Positions 1 to 11,386 of a DNA stretch of 64,000 nucleotides are shown here, piece after piece. Origin of the DNA: Macrostomum lignano (taxonomy: Eukaryota); contig NIVC01001895.1 of the NCBI GenBank assembly GCA_002269645.1, positions 60,772 through 124,771 on the forward strand, written 5' to 3'. Within the stretch, counting starts at the first letter, position 1. Every line of letters starts with the position of its first letter. Below the pieces are notes generated by a model, which worked only from the letters and a program-made list of their open reading frames with translations, searched no databases and had not been told where the DNA came from. The translations under genes were made by a program, and so were the position numbers.

Positions 1-517
1 TGAAATTCGATGATATCCGAATCATTCCAATGCATGCACAGACGTTGCAAATTCCTGCGGCTAACACATGTAAAAATAAGTACTCATAATTTCTATTTAA
101 TAGCAGAGTATAAGTTAGAATATTAAAACAATCAGCCTGAGAATTGGCATTCTAATCAAGGCCGGACCTCATTCAACTGCTCATTTTTGCCAGGCTGGCC
201 AGAGAAAATCAATCTGTTTAACCCTTTCGACCCTGGCCAAGCCTGCAAAGCAATCCCCTCTTATCCCCATTTTTGTTTCGACGAAATTCCCTGTCATCAC
301 TTAGGAAGGGGATTAAAGAATATTTTAAATGAATTCTCCATAGGATTAATGATATCTGCTCCATAGTGGGAAATTGCTGTTGAAATATTTTCTATGACGA
401 ATATGCAAGTTGAACTACAAAGGGGATTCGTATAGCTGAGGACTATAAAACGAATTTTTCTGTATTGCAAACCTTTCCTGCAGGTACAAATACATTGGGT
501 TTCTATTGATCTAATTC

Positions 518-2960
518 ATTGATTCCTAGAAACCTCGTCATCCACTGATTCTTAGAAATCTCATCATCCCCTGATTCTTAGAAACCTCATCATCCACTGC
601 TGATTCTTAGAAATCTCATCATCCCCTGATTCTTAGAAATCTCATCATCCCCTGATTCTTAGAAACCTCATCATCCACTGATTCTTAGAAATCTCATCAT
701 CCCCTGATTCTTAGAAACCTCATCATCCACTGATTCTTAGAAATCTCATCATCCCTGATTCTTAGAAATCACATCATCCCCTGATTCTTAGAAACCTCAT
801 CATCCACTGATTCTTAGAAATCTCATCATCCCCTAATTCTTAGAAATCTAATCATCCCCTGATTCTTAAAAATCGCATTATCCCCTGATTCCTAAAAATC
901 GCATCATCCACTGATTCTTAGAAATATCATCATCCACTGATTCTTAGAAATCTCATCATCCACTGATTCTAAGAAATCTCATCATCCCTTATTCTTAAAA
1001 ATCGCATCATCCACTGATTCTTAGAAATATCATCATCCACTGATTCTTAGAAATCTCATCATCCACTGATTCTAAGAAATCTCATCATCCCTTATTCTTA
1101 GAAATCTCATCATCCCCTGATTCTTAGAAATCTCATCATCCCTGATTCTTAGAAATCTCATCATCCCCTGATTCTCAGAAATCTCATCATCCCCTGATTC
1201 TTAGAAATCTCATCATCCACTGATTCTAAGAAATCGCATCATCTTCTAATTCTTAGAAATCTCATCATCCACTAATTCTTAGAAATCTTATCATCCCCAA
1301 TTCTTAGAAATCTCATCATCCCCCGATTCTTAGAAATCTCATCATCCCCTGATTCTTAGAAATCTCATCATCCCCTGATTCTTAGAAATCTCATCCCCTG
1401 ATTCCTAAAAATCTCATCATCCCCTGATTCTTAAAAATCGCATCATCCACTGATTCTTAGAAATCTCATCATCCACTGATTCTTAGAAATCTCATCATCC
1501 CCTGATTCTTAGAAATCTCATCATTCCCTGATTCTTAGAAATCTCATCATCCCCTGATTCTTAGAAATGTCATCATCCACTGATTCCTAAAAATCTCATC
1601 ATCCACTGCTTCTTAAAAATCGCATCATCCACTGATTCTTAGAAATCCAATCATCCTCTGATTCTTAGAAATCTCATCATCCCCTGATTCTTAGAAATCT
1701 CATCACCCACAGATTCTTAGAAATCGCATCATCCACCGATTCTTAGAAATCGCATCATCCACTGATTCTAAGAAATCGCATCATCTTCTAATTCTTAGAA
1801 ATCTCATCATCCACTGATTCTTAGAAATCTCATCATCCCCTGATTCTTAGAAACCTCATCATCCACTGATTCTTAGAAATCTCATCATCCCCTGATTCTT
1901 AGAAACCTCATCATCCACTGATTCTTAGAAATCTCATCATCCCCTGATTCTTAGAAATCTCATCATCCCCTGATTCTTAGAAACCTCATCATCCACTGAT
2001 TCTTAGAAATCTCATCATCCCTGATTCTTAGAAATCACATCATCCCCTGATTCTTAGAAACCTCATCATCCACTGATTCTTAGAAATCTCATCATCCCCT
2101 GATTCTTAGAAATCATCATCCCTGATTCTTAGAAATCTCATCATCCCCTGATTCTAAAAATCGCATCATCCACTGATTCTTAGAAATCTCATCATCCACT
2201 GATTCTTAGAAATCTCATCATCCCCTGATTCTAGAAATCTCATCATCCCTGATTCTTAGAAATCTCATCATCCCCTGATTCTTAGAAATCTCATCATCCC
2301 CTGATTCTTAGAAATCTCATCATCCCCTGATTCTTAGAAATCTCATCATCCCCTGATTCTTAGAAATCTCATCATCCCCTGATTCTTAGAAATCTCATCA
2401 TCCCCTGATTCTTAGAAATCTCATCATCCCCTGATTCTTAGAAATCTCATCATCCCCTGATTCTTAGAAATCTCATCATCCCTGATTCTTAGAAATCTCA
2501 TCATCCCCTGATTCTTAGAAATCTCATCATCCCCTGATTCTTAGAAATCTCATCATCCCTGATTCTTAGAAATCTCATCATCCCCTGATTCTTAGAAATC
2601 ATCATCCACTGATTCTTAGAAATCTCATCATCCACTGATTCTTAGAAAATCGCATCATCCACTGATTCTTAGAAATCCAATCATCCTCTGATTCTTAGAA
2701 ATCTCATCATCCCCTGATTCTTAGAAATCTCATCATCCCACAGATTCTTAGAAATCGCATCATCCACCGATTCTTAGAAATCGCATCATCCACTGATTCT
2801 AAGAAATCGCATCATCTTCTAATTCTTAGAAATCTCATCATCCACTGATTCTTAGAAATCTCATCATCCCTGATTCTTAGAAATCTCATCATCCACTGAT
2901 TCTTAGAAATCCCATCATCCTCTGATTCTTAGAAATATCATCATCCCCTGATTATTAGAA
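518..2960. repeat. 26-bp tandem satellite (CTGATTCTTAGAAATCTCATCATCCC), roughly 90 copies
   Basis: Unit read directly; the period is 26, e.g. 2281-2460. Confidence 0.95.
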
Positions 2961-3749
2961 GTCTTACAATACCACCCACTGAGCCTTCCTCATGCCAAAT
3001 CCTCAAAATTTAAAATTAAAAAATTTCAATCCCTTACCCTGGTTTATGGAAATCTCATCTAACACACAACGGAATGCTCTATCCCTAAATCTGTGGTCTC
3101 AAATACATAGGTTTATAGGTTATACACATAGGTTATAGGTTTGCATAACTAAAACTTATAAGTTTTCAGGACTTTAACAGTGTTAACCTATGGATGACTA
3201 TTTATAATTCATTGAAAACACTGCTGATCGATTAAGTCTCAACAGAACTACATGTATCCCAAGTGTGCCCTGCTTTATCCCATAGTTATAAGTTACAACC
3301 CTCCACACGTTAATCCTCCTTGTAATTGCTCTTATCAGAGGGTCTCCAACCCGCGGAAGAAAATGATTGACAACACAGCTGGATCCATTTTGCCCGAGAT
3401 CAGTAAGTGGCATAAAAAGTCAATCTCTTAGACCCTGGCAAGCTCCTTTGCCACCCTAATCCAGTTCCGTGACGAGAATAACGGTAGTAATAAAATTAAT
3501 CAAACAAGGGCATAGAAACACACAATTACTGTTGCATTTGAAGCACGCAGTCTCAAGCAGAAAGAAGCCATAATAGCTCAAGTAATATAGTGTCTTCTAT
3601 TCAGATTATATGACCATTTTATATTCCAAGCAAGTTAACAAACAAATCGCTGCAAATTTGACAAAAAAAATTAACAAGTTGGGAGAAATCCTTTTAATTG
3701 GCGACAATACTTTGCGACACGTGTGCAGAGATGGGAGAGACTGGCACAG

Positions 3750-4200
3750 ATGAGAGGGTGAGAGGGTGATAGAGGGTGAGAGAGTGATATAGAGGGTGAG
3801 AGGATGATAGAGAGGGTGAGAGGGTGATAGAGAGGGTGAGAGGGTGATAGAGAGGGTGAGGGTGATATAGAGGGTGAGAGGGTGATAGAGAGGGTGAGAG
3901 GGTGATAGAGAGGGTGAGAGGGTGATAGAGAGGGTGAGAGGGTGATATAGAGGGTAAGAGGGTGATAGAGAGGGTGAGAGGGTGATAGAGAGGGTGAGAG
4001 GGTGATAGAGAGGGTGAGAGGGTGATAGAGAGGGTGAGAGGGTGATAGAGAGGGTGAGAGGGTGATAGAGAGGGTGAGAGGGTAATATAGAGGGTGAGAG
4101 GGTGATAGAGAGGGTGATAGAGAGGGTGAGAGGGTGATAGAGAGGGTGAGAGGGTGATAGAGAGGGTGAGAGGGTGATAGAGAGGGTGAGAGGGTGATGG
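3750..4200. repeat. 22-bp purine-rich minisatellite (GAGGGTGAGAGGGTGATAGAGA)
   Basis: Direct reading; it generates the spurious ORFs at 3606-4301. Confidence 0.95.
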
Positions 4201-4392
4201 TGCCAAGGCAGCACACAGAGCCAATACGAGAACCAGTGACAGGAGCAGCATTCGCAACTCACGCAAACAGAAAAATGGCAGCCAAAATAAAAAATGCTCA
4301 TAGGAAATCTAATCAGCTTTAGATTTGGGGGAGTCTCTCAAATCCTCTGAAGCACTTAATCCGATTTTTAGCAAACTTTTATAGTAATCAGC

Positions 4393-4705
4393 GGCTTCCC
4401 CAATAGAATGGGATATTTATGAAATGACCGCTTCCCCAATAGAATGGGATATTTATGAAATGACCGCTTCCCCAATAGAATGGGATATTTATGAAATGAC
4501 CGCTTCCCCAATAGAATGGGATATTTATGAAATGACCGCTTCCCCAATAGAATGGGATATTTATGAGATGACCGCTTCCCCCAATAGAATGGGATATTTA
4601 TGAAATGACCGCCTCCCCAATAGAATGGGATATTTATGAAATGACCGCTTCTCCAATAGAATGGGATATTTATGAAATGCCCGCTTCCCCAATAGAATGG
4701 GACAT
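4393..4705. repeat. 36-bp minisatellite (ATGACCGCTTCCCCAATAGAATGGGATATTTATGAA), about 8.5 copies
   Basis: Direct reading; lies just downstream of the DTWD2 stop codon. Confidence 0.95.
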
Positions 4706-4743
4706 TAATTTGCTAAAAACAGAACAGCCCAGCCTCTGCCCCA

Positions 4744-7700
4744 TCACAATCCGGCCCCAGTCTGATTGTCCTCCTCAGCCGCAGCTGCCAGCACCGCAGC
4801 CTCAGCTTCAAGCCGTTTCTTAGTCCGCTTGTCAGCGTGCGGCACGGCGCCCCAGGCCAGCTGGTGTCGGCACAGGGCCTCGATGGGACCCAGCACGGCG
4901 GGAAGGCAGTCTGACCGGTGCTCCAACGCATCGACAGCCAAGGCGGCAGCCTCAGCGGTGCACAGACAGCCGACATCTGGCTGTGTTCGAATCACGTAAG
5001 CTGACGGGGTGTTGGGCGCGGCAACCCGGATATGGGGCAGCTTGTGCAGGAAGTCGTTGTGAAAGTGCAGCCCGCTGGCCTGCTGCCAGGTGCCGTCGAG
5101 GACCACCAGAGTGGTCACGCTGCCGCGGGGCAGAGACTCCGCTAGCACCGAGTCGCTGCTGGGATACAGCACAGCGCAGCCGGGGGAATCGAGCTCGCGA
5201 CGTCGCTTGTGGCTGGCGAAATGACGGCCGCGCCAGATTTCAACTCGACCGGGCGCCGCGGCCAGCTGCAGCATGCGGGCCGTCTGCAGCTTGCGATGCT
5301 CCTGCCAGGGGGGGGGGATTTGTCCTCATTTGTAGGTTTGTAGGAACAATAGAGCAAGGTACTGCTGCTTTGCATTCCGGTCCAATGTTCACTCTACTGA
5401 TTCTTAGAAATCGTTTCTTTCCAGTGACTCTTAGAAACCCATGAACTGATTCTTAGAAATCTCATCAACCATATATTCTTAGAAATCTCGTTATACTGAT
5501 TCTTAGGAATCTCATCATCCCCTGATTCTTAGAAATCTCATCATCCCCTGATTCTTAGAAATCTCATCATCCCCTGATTCTTAGAAACCTCATCATTCAC
5601 TGTTTCTTAGAAATCGTTTCTTTCCAGTGACTCTTAAAAACCCATTAACTGATTCTTAGAAATCACAGCATCCAGAGTTTTCAAGAAATCACATTGACTG
5701 ACTCTTAGAAATCAAATCCTCTGATTCTTTAAAATCTCATTCACTGATTCCCAGAAATTTCAACCAAACATTCTCAGAAATCTCATTTACTGATTCTCAA
5801 AAATCTCATCATCCAAAATCACATCCTCAGATTCTCAGAACTCTCATCCTCAAATTCTCAGAAATCTCATCTGCTGATTCTCAGAAATCTCATCCACTGA
5901 TTCTTAGAAATCTTATCATCCACTGATTCTTAGAAACCTCATTCATTCACTGATTCTTAGAAACCTTATTCATTCACTGATTCTTAGAAACCTCATTAAT
6001 TCACTGATTCTTAGAAATATCATCATCCACTGATTCTCAGAAACCTCATTAATTCACTGATTCTTAGAAATATCATCATCCACTGATTCTCAGAAACCTC
6101 ATTAATTCACTGATTCTTAGAAATATCATCATCCACTGATTCTCAGAAACCTCATTAATTCACTGATTCTTAGAAATATCATCATCCACTGATTCTCAGA
6201 AGTCTCATTACATACTGAATTTTAGATATCCAGAAATTTCTTAGATTTCCCTTATTTTAGTCGGTAAAACTTGTTGGTACATGTGCGAGCACCCTTTCTC
6301 CCTACAGAACAGGCCCCAGCCTTAGTTTTCATCTTAGGCTTTCCGTGCATTTTTTAGAACATTCTATTTTTTCCGCACACACCTCAGACAGCTCAAAATG
6401 CAAATATGAACGTGATTAAAAAATGCAGCCCTCCAAACTCTACCAAAAATGAAGAAATTCAAGCCAACACATTAAATAGCAGCTAACTAGCATGCTCCAA
6501 GTCTGCAAACTTTGCGTACGTGTAGGGAGCTCTGTGAACCAACACGTTAGTAAAATACGAACCAATGTCTGCATAGCTAACACCAAAGCAGGTGAAAAAA
6601 GTTTGCATGACTGCACGTGTGACGGTTAACTTTTTATTAGAGACCCAACATCATTTTTATGCGGTATTTACTCGGGGGAGGGGGTAGATGGCTGCTGAGG
6701 TGAAGGAACTTCAGCACTGGACTGAGATGCTTCAGGAAGGGGGATAGCCGGTCCTCAGGGTGACTGGAGGTGCTGCTTCAGGAAGGGGGATAGCCGGTCC
6801 TCAGGGTGACTGGAGGTGCTGCTTCAGGAAGGGGGATAGCCGGTCCTCAGGGTGACTGGAGGTGCTGCTTCAGGAAGGGGGATAGCCGGTCCTCAGGGTG
6901 ACTGGGATGCTTCAGGAAGGGGGATAGCCGGTCCTCAGGGTGACTGAGATGCTTCAGGAAGGGGGATGGCCGGTCCTCAGGGTGACTGAGATGCTTCAGG
7001 AAGGGGGATAGCCGGTCCTCAGGGTGACTGGAGGTGCTGCTTCAGGAAGAGGGATAGCCGGTCCTCAGGGTGACTGAGATGCTTCAGGAAGGGGGATAGC
7101 GGTCCTCGGGGTGACTGGGATGCTTCAGGAAGGGGGATAGCCGGTCCTCAGGGTGACTGGGATGCTTCAGGAAGGGGGATAGCCGGTCCTCAGGGTGACT
7201 GGAGGTGCTGCTTCAGGAAGGGGGATAGCCGGTCCTCAGGGTGACTGAGATGCTTCAGGAAGGGGGATAGCGGTCCTCAGGGTGACTGGGGTGCTTCAGG
7301 AAGGGGGATAGCCGGTCCTCAGGGTGACTGAGATGCTTCAGGAAGGGGGATGGCAGTTTAAAGTAGCAGCAGAATATCGAACTAAAGCTTCAGAATTGCA
7401 TAAAACCATCTGAATTTGCCTTTTAGTTTCTCAAAAATTTCAGCTAACAGAAAAGGTCGAATGGCATATAAAACCAAAAGCAGACTGGGCAGGAAACTCT
7501 TGCCGATTCCAAATTAAGTCGGGTCTGCAACCCCGGCTATTCCCTAGGGAAATCTGTCCTAAGGCAGATAACGACACACGACGCAGGCAAAGGCGGACAA
7601 TACGAGTATCTGTGGGACAACCTAGAGGCGTGAAAACTGTTATTCCCGCAGTAACAACCGAGCCCACAGCGGATTATCCTAGAGTTCTCTAGTTCGAAAA

Positions 7701-9020
7701 TTACAGAGCGTGGCATAATGAAAACTCGGGAATCGTGAAAAGGAGAACAATTTTCGTTTCACAGTGAAGTCCTACAGCAGACAGGATTTTAGCGCCACAT
7801 TGGAGATTTTAGCGCCACTTTAGCGCCACACTTGAGATTTTAAGCTCTGCAGTTAAAATTTAAGCGCCCTATTCTAGATTTCAGCGCCACAATCTATATT
7901 TTAGCGCCATATTATAGATTTCAGCACCACATTCTATATTTTAGCGCCATATTATAGATTTCAGCACCACATTCTATATTTTAGCGCCATATTATAGATT
8001 TCAGCGCCACATTCTATATTTTAGCGCCATATTATAGATTTCAGCGCCACATTCTATATTTTAGCGCCATATTATAGATTTCAGCACCACATTCTATATT
8101 TTAGCGCCATATTATAGATTTCAGCGCCACATTCTATATTTTAGCGCCATATTATAGATTTCAGCGCCACATTCTATATTTTAGCGCCATATTATAGATT
8201 TCAGCACCACATTCTATATTTTAGCGCCATATTATAGATTTCAGCGCCACATTCTATATTTTAGCGCCATATTATAGATTTCAGCGCCACATTCTATATT
8301 TTAGCGCCATATTATAGATTTCAGCGCCACATTCTATATTTTAGCGCCATATTATAGATTTCAGCACCACATTCTATATTTTAGCGCCATATTATAGATT
8401 TCAGCGCCACATTCTATATTTTAGCGCCATATTATAGATTTCAGCACCACATTCTATATTTTAGCGCCTTATTCTAGATTTCAGCGCCATATTCTATATT
8501 TTAGCGCCACATTATAGATTTCAGCGCCATATTATAGATTTTAGCACCACAGTCAAGATTTTAGCGCATTATTATAGATTTCAGCGCCATATTCTAGAGT
8601 TCAGCACCATATTATAGATTTTAGCGCCACAGTCAAGATTTTAGCGCATTATTATACATTTTAGAGCCACATTCTAGATTTCAGCGCCACATTTAGACTT
8701 TAGCGCTACGGTCAAGACCAAGATTTTATTGCTGTAGTCTAGATTTAAGCGCCATATTGAAGGTTTTTGCGCCAATTTAGCGCGCATTTGATGCCATCAT
8801 AAAGCTACACATTCAATTTAAGAGTGTATAGAAGACTGACATTCACCTCAAACGGATGCTGCAGTATGATCACTTTGGTGGCAATGTCAACTGGCACTCG
8901 GGGCAGCGAGGGGCACCAGCAGGTGGGGCTGGGTCGGCCGCACCTGCCGCAGGTGGCCCGTTTGATGTGTACCGCCTCCTGCATGTCGAACAGCTGACTG
9001 AGATCGTTGAAATTGTCCAT
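4744..9020 (-). CDS. DTWD2: DTW-domain tRNA-uridine aminocarboxypropyltransferase, 243 aa, two exons: 9020-8847 and 5301-4744
   Basis: Exon 1 has CxxCxRPxxxCWC and IILQHPFE, then a GT donor at 8846. Exon 2 follows a polypyrimidine-CAG acceptor, joins in phase 0 (HPFE|EHRKLQTARML), and carries the LVVLDGTW, YVIRTQP and LCTAEAAA motifs of DTWD2. Confidence 0.92.
5395..6230. repeat. Degenerate second block of the 26-bp satellite, inside the DTWD2 intron
   Basis: Same CTGATTCTTAGAAATCTCATC core as 518-2960. Confidence 0.9.
6715..7352. repeat. 42/46-bp minisatellite (GCTTCAGGAAGGGGGATAGCCGGTCCTCAGGGTGACT core)
   Basis: Direct reading; two length variants are interspersed. Confidence 0.93.
7785..8780. 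repeat. 20-bp satellite with a 40-bp dimeric higher-order unit (ATTATAGATTTCAGCGCCAC/ATTCTATATTTTAGCGCCAT)
   Basis: Two 20-mers alternate strictly over about 7900-8460. Confidence 0.93.
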
Positions 9021-9569
9021 TTAATAGAAATATTTATAATCTAATGATTCTGGAATGTTGAATACAGATTAGGCTAACTTCTATCTCTAAGATAAACATC
9101 GATTCTTAAGATGGAAACTTTAATAACTAATATTGATCGTTTAATCAATCATCAATATTACTATTTTTAAGAGATACTGCTAAAATTAGCCATTATCAAT
9201 CAAGATACACTACTTATTAGTGGTGTTATATAAAGTAGCTATATATGAGTATAAATATGAAAAGTCTGCTTATAATAAAACGACTCTGAAAGCCCCATAC
9301 AGTACAAATAAGTAGGCTATTTGGCATTTGCCTTTTTTGGCATAACTGATAAATTTAATAAGTCCAAATAATATTGATTGTCCCAGAAGTCTCAAATCTT
9401 AAAAATTAAATATTAGAATTCTAGCCTTTAACTCCATTTTTGTGGTTCATTCTCATATAGTTTTCATTGATAATAAAAACTAGATCAAAGTCTTGGCAAA
9501 TAAATGCTTGATCTAGCTTGATCCAACTTGAGGGGCAGATATAGAATCTAGCACTTGACGAACAATCAG

Positions 9570-9845
9570 AGGGAAGATAAGGAAAAGAGATGAGAAAGAA
9601 AATAAAAGGTAAAACAAGAAAGGAAAGGATAACAAGAGGGGAAAAAGGGAGAGGAGATGATAAGGAGAGGAGATATGAGAGATAAGAGAAAAGAAATAAG
9701 AAAAGGAAAAAGAAGTTAAAATGTAAAAGGAAAAGGAGAAAAGAGAGAAAATAAGAAAAGAAAGTGAAGACAAAGAAGATGGAGAAAATAAAATCAATAA
9801 TGAAGAGAGGTAAAAAAATAAAAAATAACTAAGAAAATGCAAATG
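9570..9845. repeat. A/G-rich low-complexity tract
   Basis: Almost pure purine on the + strand. Confidence 0.7.
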
Positions 9846-10556
9846 TTGAGCAAGCTAAATTATTATTAGGCCCTATGATATGAAGTTTCAAAGGACCCAA
9901 AGGCCTAATAGAAAGGCTATATAAGCTGCATATAGGCCTAGCCTTGTATTAGTTTTACAATCTAGTTTTTTATTAGGGCCAATTGCCATCTAAGTTTTAA
10001 AGCCAAATAAGATAGAGTAAAGCTTAGAATTTTTTATTTCTAGATCTTTATGTTATATTATATTAGGCCTATGCTTTATACTTTTAGATCTTTACATTAA
10101 TAATCCTAATAAAATAGAAGCACTTTTATTTTTAATGAATCTTGTTTTTTATATAATGGAAAATCATTCATAGGCCTATAAAGTCTAAAGACTAGGCAAT
10201 AGGCATTGCCGCATTAGGCCCTATTTAAAAAAATTAGTTGAAGTCTATTATGTTCAAGGCCAAAGGGTAAGGGTAATATTAGATATTTTTAATAAATGTA
10301 TTATAAACTAAGTTGCAAAAATGTATTAGCAAACAAAGCTAGCCTTTTTTTCTTTATTAAGGTAAATATATTTGATGATTTCAATTAATTGAACTTAACA
10401 TATAAAAGTTTTTTTTAATTCTGTTTATAGTATAAGTTATACTATATTCTATAATTATATACCAAGTATTGATACTAAATACTTTTATCTTGACTTTATC
10501 AAGTAGGCCTATTTTAGCTAAAGCAAGCTAACTTTTGTTAAGAAAGTTAGTTAACA

Positions 10557-10848
10557 TACATGCACAACAGTTGGCTAAGTCAGCCAATCTGGCGGACCGA
10601 TTCGGTGGCCAACCAAGGAAGTCGCAAAAATGCCCACCTGAAAAATACCAAAGTAGTAGTACTAAGTAGCTGACGAGGCATTTTGACTTAATAAGACAGT
10701 CATAGTTACTCCTGCCGTTTACCCAAAGTTGCGTTAATTTTGCGTTAGGTTTTTTTACATGTAAGTCACATTTTTGGCCAAAAACTACGTCGCATTTTTG
10801 TTAAAACTAAGTCGCATGGCCGACCCAATTTTGGAGGTTGCGCATGTA
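10557..10848. mobile_element. Putative 292-bp MITE with imperfect 12-bp terminal inverted repeats, carrying a 63-bp 28S rRNA-like segment (10662-10724, minus strand)
   Basis: TACATGCACAAC (10557) pairs with GTTGCGCATGTA (ending 10848), 11/12 match. The internal segment matches the recalled conserved 28S core at 52/63 without gaps. Confidence 0.6.
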
Positions 10849-10990
10849 CGTTAGTTAAGTTAGTGAAGTTAGAATTTTAGCTAACTTTTTTTTAACCTTG
10901 GGCTTGGGCTTGTTGAAAGCCTTTTATAAATTTGATTAAAACAATACACAATTTAGAAACAAAGGGCATATACAAGGCAGGCTTAGTAGT

Positions 10991-11386
10991 AGGGTTGTTT
11001 TCATAAACCCTAAATTTCACAATGTTGCAAGACACAAACTTTCATAAGATTAGGCCTAAGCTCTAAATTTCATAAACCCTAATTTTCACAATGTTGAAAG
11101 CAAAACTTGTATCAGATTGCATAAACTATAAATTTCACAAGCCTTAAATTTCACAATGCCTAAAAACACTATGGAGATACAGAAGAATTGTAGAAGAAAG
11201 ATTGTATCTCCGGTGCTGTATCTGTATCTCCATAGTGTTTTTAGCCATTGTGAAATTTAGGTGTTGTGAAATCTGCTGCATTGCTTATTTTCACCATTGT
11301 AAAAATTAGGCCTAGGGTTTATGAAATATAGGTCTTATGAAAGGTTCTGGTTTTGACATGAAAATTAGGGTTTGTGAAACGACCCT
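10991..11386. mobile_element. Foldback/MITE element with long inverted arms
   Basis: Ends AGGGTTGTTTTCATAAACCCTAAATTT and AAATTAGGGTTTGTGAAACGACCCT. Inner arms CTAAAAACACTATGGAGATACAGA (11160) and TCTGTATCTCCATAGTGTTTTTAG (11221) are complementary. Flanks TTAGTAGT/CTAGCAGT may be a decayed TSD. Confidence 0.75.

Noticed and set aside
10662-10724. rRNA gene
   Set aside because: Only 63 bp resemble 28S, and the flanks are not rDNA.
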